Positions 50,560 to 61,041 of a stretch of DNA of 64,000 nucleotides are shown here, piece after piece; within the stretch, counting starts at the first letter, position 1, and each line of letters starts with the position of its first letter. The notes beneath the pieces were generated by a model that saw only the letters and a program-made list of their open reading frames with translations, had not been told where the DNA came from and ran no database searches. The position numbers were made by a program, and so were the translations under genes. Origin of the DNA: an uncultured Candidatus Rokubacteria bacterium (GTDB taxonomy: Bacteria; Methylomirabilota; Methylomirabilia; Rokubacteriales; CSP1-6); contig CAVWFS010000008.1 in assembly GCA_963754315.1 (NCBI GenBank), positions 576,001-640,000 on the forward strand, in the 5' to 3' direction.

Positions 50560-51693
50560 CTAGACCCTGAGGAAGATGCCGCGGCGGTAGAGGATACCCA
50601 TCAGGGCAAGCCAGACGAGCAGATAGGCGAGGGCAAAGAACAGCGACGCGTTGACGGGCGTGGCCCACGGGGCGAAGACGTGCTGATAGAGCGCGCGCTG
50701 CCATGACATCCGCGAACCGTCGGCACCCGTGATGGTGACGAGCGTGAGCACCCGGGCCATGAAGGTCGAGAGCACAAACGCCGCGATGGCGTTCACCCCA
50801 AAGATCACGAACGGTGTGGTCCATCGTCGCCATTGCTGGACCTCGACCAGCCACGAGCAGGCCGCCAGGCCGAGGAGAGCGGCGCCCGCCGTGAAGGCGA
50901 CGTAGGAGCTGGTCCACAACGCCTTGTTGATGGGGAACCAGCGGTCCCACAGAAGCCCGAGCCCGATGGCTGCCACGCCGGCGGCGCCCATTCCCCAGAC
51001 CTTTGTGGAAGGGGATCGCGAGGACCGAAGCCAGTGGCCGGTCAGAACCCCGGCCAGGGTGGTGGCGATGGCGGGCAAGGTGCTCAGGATTCCCTCGGGG
51101 TCGTAGACCTTGCTGGCACGCCAGAGGTGTGGGCCGAGCACCGTCCGGTCCAGGTAGGCCGCGAGGTTTCCCTCTTTCCCGAGATCGCCAGCGCCGAATC
51201 CCGGCACGGGCACCAACGTCATCAACGCCCAGTAGCCGGCGAGCAGCCCGGCCATCACCGTCGCCTGCGTGCGGACCGTCGTCACGAGGAAGAGCAGGGC
51301 TACCGCCAGGTAGCACACGGCGATTCGCTGGAGTACGCCCGGAATACGGATGGTGGCGAGGTTGAAATGGGGAAAGCCGGCGAGGAAAAGTCCCAGCGCG
51401 AAGAGGATGACAGAGCGTTGCACGATGCGACGGGTGAGCCGGCCCCGCGGCTCGCGATGCTCCAGACGTGGTCCGAGGGCGAGCGTGATGGATACCCCAA
51501 CCGTGAACAGGAAGAAGGGAAAGATCAGGTCCGTCGGTGTCCAGCCGTGCCAGTCCGCGTGGGTGAGGGGTGGGTAAACCGCGCGCCACGTCCCGGGATT
51601 GTTGACGACGATCATGCCGGCGATGGTCAACCCCCGGAAGACGTCGAGGGAGAGGAGCCGACCCCGAGCCGCCTCCATGCGCGAAGGCAGCAT
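50560..51693 (-). CDS. HGSNAT/DUF5009 (NagX-like) membrane acyltransferase
   Basis: RLLSLDVFRGLTI..MIVVNNPG, H..W.G.T.TDLIFPFFLF.VG, GVLQRIA, DPEGILST, PINKALWTSSY; the start could be 51678. Confidence 0.9.
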   Translation of the reverse strand: MLPSRMEAARGRLLSLDVFRGLTIAGMIVVNNPGTWRAVYPPLTHADWHGWTPTDLIFPFFLFTVGVSITLALGPRLEHREPRGRLTRRIVQRSVILFALGLFLAGFPHFNLATIRIPGVLQRIAVCYLAVALLFLVTTVRTQATVMAGLLAGYWALMTLVPVPGFGAGDLGKEGNLAAYLDRTVLGPHLWRASKVYDPEGILSTLPAIATTLAGVLTGHWLRSSRSPSTKVWGMGAAGVAAIGLGLLWDRWFPINKALWTSSYVAFTAGAALLGLAACSWLVEVQQWRRWTTPFVIFGVNAIAAFVLSTFMARVLTLVTITGADGSRMSWQRALYQHVFAPWATPVNASLFFALAYLLVWLALMGILYRRGIFLRV

Positions 51694-51754
51694 ACCTCAG
51701 GTCGAGCAGCCCATCTCCGAGTGCTCTATCATGCCCGGCCAGAGGAGCGAGTCA

Positions 51755-53449
51755 ATGGTGGGGCGGGACTGGCGGAAGAAGGCAGGCACACCGTTCACGA
51801 TCGAGAAGCGTCCGGCTGCGGCCTCGCGTGGCATGGTGGTGACCAATCATCCCCTCGGGTCCGCGGCCGGAGCCGAGATGCTGGCCGGGGGCGGCAATGC
51901 CGTCGACGCTGCCGTCGCCGCCCTCTTCGCACTGACCGTCGTCGAGCCCATGATGGTCGGCATATTCGGTGCGGGGATGACGCATCTGCGGCTGGCGGAC
52001 GGCACCCACACGACCATCGACAACTACAGCGTCGCCCCGGCCGCCGCCCACGCAGACCTCTACCGGCCGCTGTCCGACACGTGGCCCGACTACTTGCGGG
52101 CGGAGGGCGACGCGAACTCGGTCGGGGTGCTGTCGGTCGGCGTGCCGGGAACGCTCAAGGCCTGGTGCGAGATCCTGGAGCGATTCGGGTCGTTTGCGCT
52201 CGAGGTCGTGCTGGAACCCGCCATTCGCCACGCCGAGCACGGCTTCCGGGCGACGCCGTACCTGATCGAAGCCATCCGGGAGGCGGCCCCCGACCTCGCG
52301 CAATTCTCTGCCTCTGCCCGCACGTTCCTGCCGCACGGAGATCCACCGAAGCCTGGTGACCTGATCAAGCAGCCCGCCTACGCGGCCACCCTGCGAATGA
52401 TCGCGGCCCAGGGTCCCAAGGTTCTCTATGAGGGCGACCTCGGAACGATGATCGCCGACTTCATCCAGCGGGAGGGCGGGCTGATCACCTTGGACGATCT
52501 GCGCCGCTACCGCACCGTTGAACGCGACCCCGTGCGGGGGGAGTATCGCGGCCTGACCATCGCCGGGGTTCCGCCGACGAGCGGCGGCGGGATCCACCTG
52601 ATCCAGATGCTGAACATCCTGGCGGGGTTCGACATCCAAGCCATGGGCTTTGGGACGCCGGCGTCGTTCCATCTGCTGGCCGAGGTCATGAAGATCGCGT
52701 TCGCCGACCGCAACGCGGCCACCGGCGATCCGGCCTTCATCGATATCCCGATCGCGCAGCTCATCTCCAAGGACTACGCAGAGGCGCGACGAGCGAGCAT
52801 CGACCTGACGCGGGCCGGCCAACACCTCGCGGGTGTTGTCCGCGCGAGTTCGACCCATACGACCCACGTCACCGTCGCCGATGCCGACGGCAATGTCGTG
52901 GCGATGACGCAGACGATCAACAGCCTGTTCGGCTCACGAGTGACCGTGCCAGGGACGGGTGTGCTGCTCAACAACACCATGGCCCTCTTCGACCCTCACC
53001 CCGGCCACACGCTCTCCGTAGCGCCCGGCAAGCGTATGACGAGCAGCATGGCGCCGACCATCGTCTTTCGCGATGGAGAGCCCGTGCTGGCCCTCGGACT
53101 CCCGGGAGGCGTGCGAATCTTCACATCCGTGCTCCAGGCGCTCGTCAATCTCATCGATCACGGCATGACATTGCAGGAAGCGGTGGAAGCGCCGCGGATC
53201 TGGACGCAGGGGCAGGATCTGGAGGTCGAGGCGAGTGTCCCCGATACTGTGCGCGCCGCTCTGGCGGCCCGCGGCCACCAGGTGGTCTCGGTACCCGCGG
53301 TGGGCGGCGGCATGAACGCGATCGCCATCGAGCCGGACGGCACGCTGACGGGCGCTGCCTGCTGGCGCGCCGATGGTACGCCGATCGGTGTCAGCGGTGG
53401 CCGGGCCCGCCCGGGGATCCGCTTCAGGCCGGAGGCCGGCCGCCGCTGA
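51755..53449 (+). CDS. ggt: gamma-glutamyltransferase
   Basis: GGNAVDAAVA, VGVPG, nucleophile motif HTTHVTVAD..GN, LLNNTM..F, PGKR..SSMAPTI; AGAGGAG RBS. Confidence 0.92.
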   Translation: MVGRDWRKKAGTPFTIEKRPAAASRGMVVTNHPLGSAAGAEMLAGGGNAVDAAVAALFALTVVEPMMVGIFGAGMTHLRLADGTHTTIDNYSVAPAAAHADLYRPLSDTWPDYLRAEGDANSVGVLSVGVPGTLKAWCEILERFGSFALEVVLEPAIRHAEHGFRATPYLIEAIREAAPDLAQFSASARTFLPHGDPPKPGDLIKQPAYAATLRMIAAQGPKVLYEGDLGTMIADFIQREGGLITLDDLRRYRTVERDPVRGEYRGLTIAGVPPTSGGGIHLIQMLNILAGFDIQAMGFGTPASFHLLAEVMKIAFADRNAATGDPAFIDIPIAQLISKDYAEARRASIDLTRAGQHLAGVVRASSTHTTHVTVADADGNVVAMTQTINSLFGSRVTVPGTGVLLNNTMALFDPHPGHTLSVAPGKRMTSSMAPTIVFRDGEPVLALGLPGGVRIFTSVLQALVNLIDHGMTLQEAVEAPRIWTQGQDLEVEASVPDTVRAALAARGHQVVSVPAVGGGMNAIAIEPDGTLTGAACWRADGTPIGVSGGRARPGIRFRPEAGRR

Positions 53450-53541
53450 CGGCCTCAGGCTTCAGACAGCTTGACAGTAGGGAGGCTCGACGGATCATCG
53501 CCACGCGGCGCCCGCAATCGGCGCCCCCGGAGGACCTTCCC

Positions 53542-54633
53542 ATGAAAGCGGCGGTATTGTACGAGGCCAACAAGGGGCTCCAAGTCGTCGACGTCGAGCA
53601 GCAGGGACCGAAAGGTGGTGAGGCGCGCGTCAAGGTGATGGGCGCTGGTGTCTGCCACAGCGACTGGCACATCATGAACGGCGACTGGACGCCACCGCTG
53701 CCCATGGTCCTCGGCCACGAGGCGGCCGGCATCGTCCAGGAGGTCGGGCCGGGTGTGAGCAATGTCAGCCCCGGCGACCACATCATCTTCTCGTTCCGAC
53801 CCCACTGCGGGCGGTGTCTCTACTGCTCGACCGGCCGCACCATTCTCTGCGACGGGCACCCCTCGCCGCGGTGGATGATGCTCGACGGCACGCATCGATT
53901 GCACCGCAACGGGCAGCCCATCAACCAGATGGCGCGCATCGGCACCTTTTCCGAGTACGTCGTGTGCCCGGCCGAGATGCTGGTGCCGATCCGCAAGGAC
54001 ATGCCGTGGGCGCCGGCGGCTCTCATGGGCTGTTGTGTGCCGACCGGGGTGGGTGCGGTCATGAGCTGCGCCAAGGTCGAGGCGGGCGCCTCGATGCTTG
54101 TCATCGGCTGCGGCGGTGTTGGCCTCAACGTGGTGCAGGGCGGCCGCCTGGTGGGCGCCGAGAAGATCATCGCGTGCGATCTTCTCGACAACAAGCTGGC
54201 CTTCGCGAAGGAGTTCGGCGCTACCCATGCGTTCAACGCCAAGCGCGACAACGTCATCGAAGAGGTGCGCAAGCTCACCGCCGGGCGCGGCGTCGACTAT
54301 GCGTTCGACGCCATCGGGAGCGAGGCCACCACGTTGCAGATCGTGGAGGCCATCCGTCCGGGTGGCACGGCCGTCATCGTGGGAATGGCCGCCATGGCCG
54401 TGCGGGCGCCCATCACGCCGTACATGATGGCCCTCCAGGAGAAGTGCATCAGGGGCACCATGTACGGCTCGGTGCGGCCGAATATCGACTTTCCGCGCCT
54501 CGTCGACCTCTACATGGACGGTCGTCTGAAGGTCAACGAACTGGTGAGCCGAACCTACAAGCTCGAGGAGATCAACGAAGGATTCAAGGCGCTCACCAGC
54601 GGTGAGGTTGCCCGCGGGGTGGTGGTGTTCTGA
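53542..54633 (+). CDS. Zn-dependent alcohol dehydrogenase (class III-like)
   Basis: GVCHSD, GHEAAG, CGRCLYC......C structural zinc site, GCGGVG. Confidence 0.93.
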   Translation: MKAAVLYEANKGLQVVDVEQQGPKGGEARVKVMGAGVCHSDWHIMNGDWTPPLPMVLGHEAAGIVQEVGPGVSNVSPGDHIIFSFRPHCGRCLYCSTGRTILCDGHPSPRWMMLDGTHRLHRNGQPINQMARIGTFSEYVVCPAEMLVPIRKDMPWAPAALMGCCVPTGVGAVMSCAKVEAGASMLVIGCGGVGLNVVQGGRLVGAEKIIACDLLDNKLAFAKEFGATHAFNAKRDNVIEEVRKLTAGRGVDYAFDAIGSEATTLQIVEAIRPGGTAVIVGMAAMAVRAPITPYMMALQEKCIRGTMYGSVRPNIDFPRLVDLYMDGRLKVNELVSRTYKLEEINEGFKALTSGEVARGVVVF

Positions 54634-54660
54634 ACACGGGCCCCGGCTGGATGCCTGCCG

Positions 54661-55602
54661 TCAGATAGCCACCAGCTGAGACCGGCCCGAGGCCACGTCG
54701 ACGTCGCGGGCGGGATTGACGACGGGGGTGGACGTGTCGTCGGGGACGGTCGGACCGTCGCCGGCCACCGTCGTGCGGTGCATGACCCGGCGGTACTTCG
54801 ACTCGTCCCACGGACGACCACGGTGCAGCATGCACCGGTTGTCCCACATCACGAGATCGCCTGGCTGCCACCGGTGCCGGTACACGAGCGGTGGCCTCGT
54901 GGCCTCCTCGCGCAGCTGACGCAGTAACGCCCGCGCTTCGTCGGTGGGGACGCCCACGATTTCACAGGCGTGGGAACCCACATAGAACGCCTTCCGTCCA
55001 TTGGCTGGATTGACGCGGACCAGGGCTTGCCGGACCGGCGGCACCTGGGCGGCGTGCTCGGGCGGCAGGAGCCCCTCGTCCACGAGGCCGCGCGAGTACG
55101 CAAAGCTGTGAACGGCCACTTTGCCCTCGAGGAAGCTCTTCAAATCCTCTGGCAGGCGCTCGTACGCCACGCGCATGCTGGCGAACTCCGTGTCGCCGCC
55201 CTCGGGTGGGCATTCGCGGCCGGACAGGAGCGAGGCCAGCGCCGGCACTTTCTTGAAGGAGCTGTCGCTGTGCCACATCTGGTTGCCGGCGTTGAAGATG
55301 TTGCGCTTGTCTCCCGCGGGGATCAGTCGATTCTCGGCGTCGACGTTGGCAAGGTTGGAGATCTCCGGGAGCGTTTGCTCCTGGCTGGCGATACTCCGGA
55401 TGGTCTTCTCGAGCGGACCGAAACGTTCGCTGAAAGCGATCTGCTGCTCGTCCGTGAGCGTCTGACGGCGAAAGAGCAGCAGCGAGTGCTCATTGAAGGC
55501 GTCCACGATCTCCTTGAACGTCGCCTCGTCGACGCGCGTCACATCGATGTCCTCGATCTCGACACCGAACAGGGGATGCAGGGTCCTCGTCGCCAGCCCC
55601 AT
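54661..55602 (-). CDS. TauD/TfdA family Fe(II)/2-oxoglutarate dioxygenase
   Basis: WHSDSSF, GGDTEFA, H.W..GDLVMWDNRC.LHR, R.MHRTT. Confidence 0.92.
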   Translation of the reverse strand: MGLATRTLHPLFGVEIEDIDVTRVDEATFKEIVDAFNEHSLLLFRRQTLTDEQQIAFSERFGPLEKTIRSIASQEQTLPEISNLANVDAENRLIPAGDKRNIFNAGNQMWHSDSSFKKVPALASLLSGRECPPEGGDTEFASMRVAYERLPEDLKSFLEGKVAVHSFAYSRGLVDEGLLPPEHAAQVPPVRQALVRVNPANGRKAFYVGSHACEIVGVPTDEARALLRQLREEATRPPLVYRHRWQPGDLVMWDNRCMLHRGRPWDESKYRRVMHRTTVAGDGPTVPDDTSTPVVNPARDVDVASGRSQLVAI

Positions 55603-55640
55603 CGTCGCTCTCCTCCGAACCCCGATAATCGGCCCGCCCA

Positions 55641-56475
55641 TCATTTTTGCACAAGGGGCACCCACGCGGTGGTGCGGCCGCCGAGCGTGAGGTAGTGGAT
55701 GTGCTCTCCGCGCGCGGTCATACCGTCCGCCCGCTTGCCCCATCGATCGTGGAAGAGCCACGTCCGCGGGTACCGATCGCTGTCCGACTGGACCCGCACC
55801 GACAGGGCCACGACCGAACGGAGTCGGTCCCGGAGCCGCGCGGCTTCGGCCTCATTGAGCGAGTTGGCGCGCCGGCGTGGATCAAGCCTCGCCTGGTACA
55901 GCACCTCGTCGGCGATCCAGTTGCCCACCCCTGCCGCGAAGGACTGGTCCAGGAGGAGCGCCTTGAGCGGCGCCGTCCGCCCGCGCACGATCTCGCGGAA
56001 TCGAGGGAGGGAGGGGATCTCGCGGAAGGCGTCAAAGCCAAGCAGGGCAATGGGGGGTTCGTGGCGGGGATCGTGGCGGAAGCGGACTCGGCCGAGACGC
56101 CGCGCGTCGGCCAGCACCAGCTCGCCCCCATCGTCGAAGGTGAGATGGAGCTTGGCGAAACGAGGCGGCCAGGTCGGCGTGGTGTCGCCACTCGAGACGA
56201 GTTTGGCGCCCGCTCGGCGCATGGTGTGAAAGCCCCCGGTCATGCCGAAGTGAAAGAGTGGCCAGGGCCGCCTGTCCAGCTCGAACCATAGGTGCTTGCC
56301 GTGGCGCCGCACGGCCCGGACACTTGCGCCCGCGCAGCAGGCGCTGGACCTTGGCCGGGGTCACACCGTCGAACACGATGGGATCGTCGGCGCAGCGCAC
56401 GCGCCTGATCACGCGCCCGACGGCCACCCGCCGAGCGATGAGGCGTCCGACCTCGACCTCGGGCAGCTCAGGCAT
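55641..56475 (-). CDS. mutM: Fpg/Nei family DNA glycosylase, zincless-finger type; frameshift near 56323
   Basis: N-terminal MPELPEVE; RHGKHLW...HFGMTG; D.RRLGR; KALLLDQ...AGVGNWIADEVLY; C-terminal GGRTTAWVP..QK with no Cys. Confidence 0.88.
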
Positions 56476-56489
56476 GCACGGCCGGTAGC

Positions 56490-57584
56490 TCAGGCATTGG
56501 GGGCCGGGCGGCGAGGCAGTACGACGACGGCCTCGCCGAGGGCGATGGTCTCGTCACGCTGGTTCACCGCCTGCAGCTGGAGGGTCACCTCACCGCGTTC
56601 GTCGACCAGATTCTTGGCGACCACGCGTCCTCGACACCACGTGGTGTCACCCAGGAGATTATGACGGCGAACCTGCACGGTGAGCCGGGACAGGAAGCCA
56701 GCGTTTCCCATCCAATTGGTGACGAGGTGCCCCAGCCAGGCCACGCGCTCGGGGCCGTAATCGTAGGGGCCGGGGACACCCACCGCCCGCGCGAGGTCCG
56801 GGTCCCAGTGCACGCGCTCTGGTGGCTCGGGGACACCGAACTCGTTCGGGATCGCGAGCGCGGGGTGGCGCGCGAAGAGATCAAAGGCCAGGCCGTGCGC
56901 CCGGACGTAGAGGCTCCCCCAGCCCTGCACAAACGCGATGATGGAGGTCACCGTGAGCGGGCCCTTGGCCACCTCGGGGAGCGCTTCACCCACCACGACG
57001 TCCTCCCAGGCGCGGAGCGCCGCTCCGCGCACCTCTTCCTCGGCGTAGGCCCGGCGGATGCGGGCAATCTCCGCCTCTTCGTACCGGTAGGGTTCAGCGA
57101 CCGTGTACTTCCCACGCTCGCGCGCAGTATCGCGCTCCGTCCTGAAGCACCAGGAGTCGGCCTGACACACGACGCTGCCGTCGTCGGCGACGAAGGTGGT
57201 CCGGTACGTCTGCTTGATCGCCCGCCGAGCAAAGCTTGAGGCTTTCTCCTCAAGAGCGAGGAGAATCGTGCGGCCTACTACGCGGTCACCCTCGCGGATG
57301 GGGCGCTGCCAGCGGAAGTCGGTTCCCCCGTACATGGCGTGAATACCCGGTAGCCCGCCGACGTAGCCCGAGACGATGCGATCCATGGCGAAGAGGATCG
57401 TCGGGGGCGCAACCCGGTGCTCCGCCCAGTACGGATTCCGATCGCCGATGCCGTGCGCCCAGTGACGGATGGCATCCCGGGTCGCCACCTCGATGTAAGG
57501 ATCGGGACGGCGTATTGAGCTGCCGATGAGCGCCTGGAGGCTCGCCAAGGCCTCCTCGGTGATGGTCGGAAAGCTTCTATTCAC
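56490..57584 (-). CDS. double-hotdog MaoC-like acyl dehydratase
   Basis: RDAIRHWAHGIGDRNP...APPT...HAMYGG..F.W.RPI..GD; second domain H.D...AR.VG.PG.YD.G..R..W. Confidence 0.82.
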   Translation of the reverse strand: MNRSFPTITEEALASLQALIGSSIRRPDPYIEVATRDAIRHWAHGIGDRNPYWAEHRVAPPTILFAMDRIVSGYVGGLPGIHAMYGGTDFRWQRPIREGDRVVGRTILLALEEKASSFARRAIKQTYRTTFVADDGSVVCQADSWCFRTERDTARERGKYTVAEPYRYEEAEIARIRRAYAEEEVRGAALRAWEDVVVGEALPEVAKGPLTVTSIIAFVQGWGSLYVRAHGLAFDLFARHPALAIPNEFGVPEPPERVHWDPDLARAVGVPGPYDYGPERVAWLGHLVTNWMGNAGFLSRLTVQVRRHNLLGDTTWCRGRVVAKNLVDERGEVTLQLQAVNQRDETIALGEAVVVLPRRPAPNA

Positions 57585-59106
57585 CGCGTAGCGCCTGGCG
57601 ATTGACTTTGCCGGCCGGGGTTCTCGGTAGGGTGGTAACGAACTCGACCTGGCGCGGATACTCGTGCTGGCCGAGACGCGTGCGCACGTGATCTTGCAGC
57701 TCGCGCTCGAGAGCCTCTCCGGCACGCACCGCCACCACGAAGGCCTTGGCGATCTGCCCACGCAGCGGATCAGGGACGGGGATCACGGCTGCCTCGCTCA
57801 CCGCCGGGTGGGCCAGAAGCACGTTCTCGATCTCGAGGGCGCTCATGGTCCAGCCGGCCGAGATGATGACGTCGTCCGAACGCCCATCGTGGTAGAAATA
57901 TCCGTCCTCGGTCAGACGTCCCCGGTCCTTGACGCGGAACCATCCTCCTTTGCGCCTCACCGCAATCTCGCCAGCCTGGCCAGCGGGAAGGGGTTGGTCG
58001 TCTTCATCCACCACGGCGACTTCCCACCCCGGTGCCGCCTTGCCGAGCGCGCCCCGACGCACCTGGTAGCCGGCAAAGCCGGGATAGTTGACGATGATCA
58101 CGCCCACCTCGGTGCTCCCGTACATGCTGCAGGGTGTGACCCCGAAGGTCCGCTCGATGAAATCCCATGTGCGGTCGTCCATCGGCTCCCCGGTGAACGA
58201 GAGCTTGTCGAGGTGACGGGCGGGAGGTACAAACCCATCCTCGCGAGCGAGCAAGCGGAACACGGTGGGGGCCGCCGCCACGTTGGTAATCGCGAAGGCA
58301 TCCAGGGCCTGCAGAAAGCGCAGGGGGTCGAACTTGCCGGAGTAGGCGCCGGCGGCGATACCGAGCGCGAGGGGGGCGATGGTTCCGTGCCACAGGCCGT
58401 GACCCCAGGCCGGCGACGACGGACAGAAGTAACGGTCACCCCGCTCGAGCCCAAGCCCGTAGAGCGCGGCGACCATCAAGGTGACGACCGCCCGGTGAGT
58501 GTGGCGTACAGCCTCCGGCAGCGCACGCGTCGTCCCTGACGTGTACTGGAAAACGGCGAGGTCGTCGGCCGCCGTGTCTGGCGTGTGGTGGGGGCTTTCG
58601 CCCTCGAGGCGCCGGCTGAACTCCGTGTCAACGGCCACCACACGGACCGCGGGGAAGAGGGACTGCCAACGCTCCGGATCCCCTTCCACGAGCAGCATCT
58701 GGGGCCGGCAATCGTCGATGCGCAGCGCTACGCCTTCGGGGCCGAACAGGGTGAAGAGGGGGACGGCGATGGCGCCGCGCTTCAATGTACCGAAGAGCGC
58801 CGCGTAGAAGAACGGGGAAGGCTCGAGCATGATGCCCACCCGATCACCTTTCGCGATGCCCTGTGCGGTCAGGAAGTTGGCGAAGCGGGATGACTGGGCT
58901 GACAACTCGCCGAAGGTGACCTCGGCCCGGCGGCCGTCGGCCCGCCAGATGCGAAGCGCGGGATCGGCGGCGGGATGGCGATCGACACACTCGTGGGCGA
59001 TGTTGAGCCGATCGAGATTGCCATCGAACAACTCCCACAGGGCGCTCCAGCGGAAGTGCTGGAGCGCCTCGGGATACCGTCGAAGGGTCAGCAGGGTGCC
59101 CTTCAT
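57577..59106 (-). CDS. acyl-CoA synthetase (AMP-forming)
   Basis: LNIAHEC.DRH, YTSGTT, YGSTE.G, GRSDDVI.SAG, LPRTPAGKV. Confidence 0.9.
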   Translation of the reverse strand: MKGTLLTLRRYPEALQHFRWSALWELFDGNLDRLNIAHECVDRHPAADPALRIWRADGRRAEVTFGELSAQSSRFANFLTAQGIAKGDRVGIMLEPSPFFYAALFGTLKRGAIAVPLFTLFGPEGVALRIDDCRPQMLLVEGDPERWQSLFPAVRVVAVDTEFSRRLEGESPHHTPDTAADDLAVFQYTSGTTRALPEAVRHTHRAVVTLMVAALYGLGLERGDRYFCPSSPAWGHGLWHGTIAPLALGIAAGAYSGKFDPLRFLQALDAFAITNVAAAPTVFRLLAREDGFVPPARHLDKLSFTGEPMDDRTWDFIERTFGVTPCSMYGSTEVGVIIVNYPGFAGYQVRRGALGKAAPGWEVAVVDEDDQPLPAGQAGEIAVRRKGGWFRVKDRGRLTEDGYFYHDGRSDDVIISAGWTMSALEIENVLLAHPAVSEAAVIPVPDPLRGQIAKAFVVAVRAGEALERELQDHVRTRLGQHEYPRQVEFVTTLPRTPAGKVNRQALRGE

Positions 59107-59116
59107 GCAATGTGCC

Positions 59117-59791
59117 TTACTTGACGATCTCCAGGAGTTCCACCTCGAAGACCAGGGTGGCGCCTGGCTTGATCCGGGGCGGCATGCCGCGGTCGCCGTA
59201 GGCGACGTCGGCCGGGCACACAAGCTTGGCTTTGCCCCCGACCTTCATCATCGGCATCCCTTCCGACCAGCACTTGATGACCCCGTCCAGGGGAAGGGTG
59301 GCTGGTTGTCCACGCTGGACGGAACTGTCGAATACGGTCCCGTCAATCAGCGTGCCGGTGTAGTGAACCTTGACCTTGTCGGTCGCCGTGGGCGACGCAC
59401 CGGTTCCGGGCTTGACGGTGGTGACGATCACCCCCGACGGGGTCTTGTTCGCGCCCTTCTCGCTGGCCGCCTTGTCGAGAAAGGCCTGACTGACTTTTTT
59501 CTCCGAGGCGGCAGCGACGGCCAGGCGCGACTGCTGGAGCTCCTGGAGCTTGGGCGCATAGGCGGGAAGATCAACCTTCCGAGGGCGGTTCAGCATGCCG
59601 TCGGTGAGGCCCGATTTCACGAGCTCCAGCTCGGCCTCGCTGAGGTTGAAGGGCGCAAGATTCTGGCTGAGGGCGAGCCCAAGGGCGTAGAAGGTCTTCT
59701 GCTCTTCAGTCTTCAGATCCTGACCGGTGGCGACACTCGCGGCGACACCGAAGAGAACAACGATGATGCACCAGACACTGACTTGACGCAT
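59117..59791 (-). CDS. FKBP-type peptidyl-prolyl isomerase (FkpA/Mip-like)
   Basis: Signal peptide, YALG dimerisation helix, VKVHYTGTLIDGTVFDSS, AYG.RG....I.PGATLVFEVELL. Confidence 0.93.
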   Translation of the reverse strand: MRQVSVWCIIVVLFGVAASVATGQDLKTEEQKTFYALGLALSQNLAPFNLSEAELELVKSGLTDGMLNRPRKVDLPAYAPKLQELQQSRLAVAAASEKKVSQAFLDKAASEKGANKTPSGVIVTTVKPGTGASPTATDKVKVHYTGTLIDGTVFDSSVQRGQPATLPLDGVIKCWSEGMPMMKVGGKAKLVCPADVAYGDRGMPPRIKPGATLVFEVELLEIVK

Positions 59792-59900
59792 AAGGCCCCT
59801 TTCTGGAAGGCGGAATCTCTGTGGGAATACCCAGCCGGCACCGCCTATGCTCGCCGGCCGAGATGCTTTAGGATAAACCGACATTCGTCGGGAGGCTCGC

Positions 59901-60461
59901 ATGCCGGAATCGATCCCCGCCTCACTCATCATCGACACCTTGAAGGATACCTTCAGAGAGGCCCGGGCGGAGCGCACGGCCGAAGGCTGGGCGTCCCCGC
60001 CGCATGATTTTCTCGGCTGGATTCTCAGCGTTCCGGATACCCATCAAAAGAGCGTGCTGGCGGCCCTGGACAAGGAGCAAGCCATCCGCGTGGTGACCTG
60101 CGCCACCGAGGACGAGGCGACGGCGGTGGCGGCCGGTCTCTACATGGGCGGCGAGCCGGTGGTCCTGATGATCCAGCACGCCGGGCTGTACGCCTCGATC
60201 AACACGTTGCGCGGGGTATCGATGGACGGCAAGGTGCCGGTGTTCTACATGATCGGTCTGCTGAGCCGCGAGAAAGACAAGGATCCCCGTGAGTCCCGTC
60301 ACTCGATGGTCCGGTACTGCGAACCGCTGCTTGACACGTTCGCGGTCCCTCACGCGAGGCTGGAAGGGCCGAACGATGTTCACCGGATCCCAGAGTACTA
60401 CCGGCTGAGTCGCCAACGCCGAGGGCCGGCGGCCGTTCTGGTCGGCCTGGAGACGAGCTGA
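59901..60461 (+). CDS. TPP-dependent decarboxylase alpha subunit (sulfopyruvate decarboxylase ComD-like)
   Basis: SVPD...EDEA.AVAAGL..GG....LMIQ..GL..SIN.L PYR-domain pattern; GGGAGG RBS. Confidence 0.78.
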   Translation: MPESIPASLIIDTLKDTFREARAERTAEGWASPPHDFLGWILSVPDTHQKSVLAALDKEQAIRVVTCATEDEATAVAAGLYMGGEPVVLMIQHAGLYASINTLRGVSMDGKVPVFYMIGLLSREKDKDPRESRHSMVRYCEPLLDTFAVPHARLEGPNDVHRIPEYYRLSRQRRGPAAVLVGLETS

Positions 60462-60462
60462 C

Positions 60463-61041
60463 ATGGCCATGAAGCCCGAGACCGTGCTGCGCGCCATCGC
60501 TGCCGCCCGGGGTGATGCGATCTGCGTTCCCACCATGACCACTGCGCCCGCATGGCGGACGATCGCCCCCGATGACCTCTCGATCAGCTGCGTGGGCTTC
60601 ATGGGGGGCGCCTCCTCCATGGGACTGGGGCTTGCCCTGGCTCGCCCCGAGCGCCGTGTACTCGTGTTCGACGGGGACGGTTCCCTGCTCATGCAGCTCG
60701 GCTCGCTCGCCACCACGGCCGGTGCTCGCCCCCGGAACCTCGTTCACTTCATCTTCAAGAACGGCGTGTACCACACCTCGGGATCGCAGGAGGTTCCCGG
60801 CGGGCTCGGCGTTGACTTCGTGATGATGGCGAAGGGCGCGGGATACCGGAACGCGTATGCCATCCACGAGGAGGACGAGTTCCGCCGCCGTCTACCCGGG
60901 ATCTTGACCGAGGAGGGGCCGATCCTGGTGGAGCTGTACACGACCCTGGCCGACCAGACTCCCATGACCGCGCGTGGCGGTGTGCCGTTTCCGGAGCAGG
61001 TCGACCGCATGCGGACGCGACTGCTGGCCTCGCGGTCCTGA
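60463..61041 (+). CDS. TPP-dependent decarboxylase beta subunit (ComE-like)
   Basis: MGGASSMGLGLALARP...VFDGDGSLLM.LGSL.T...N..Y..SG.Q PP-domain motif. Confidence 0.82.
   Translation: MAMKPETVLRAIAAARGDAICVPTMTTAPAWRTIAPDDLSISCVGFMGGASSMGLGLALARPERRVLVFDGDGSLLMQLGSLATTAGARPRNLVHFIFKNGVYHTSGSQEVPGGLGVDFVMMAKGAGYRNAYAIHEEDEFRRRLPGILTEEGPILVELYTTLADQTPMTARGGVPFPEQVDRMRTRLLASRS

Noticed and set aside
53471..53498. Sigma70 promoter TTGACA-N16-GATCAT before the alcohol dehydrogenase
   Set aside because: The -35 is perfect but the -10 is weak and the spacer short, so it is not supportable without TSS data.
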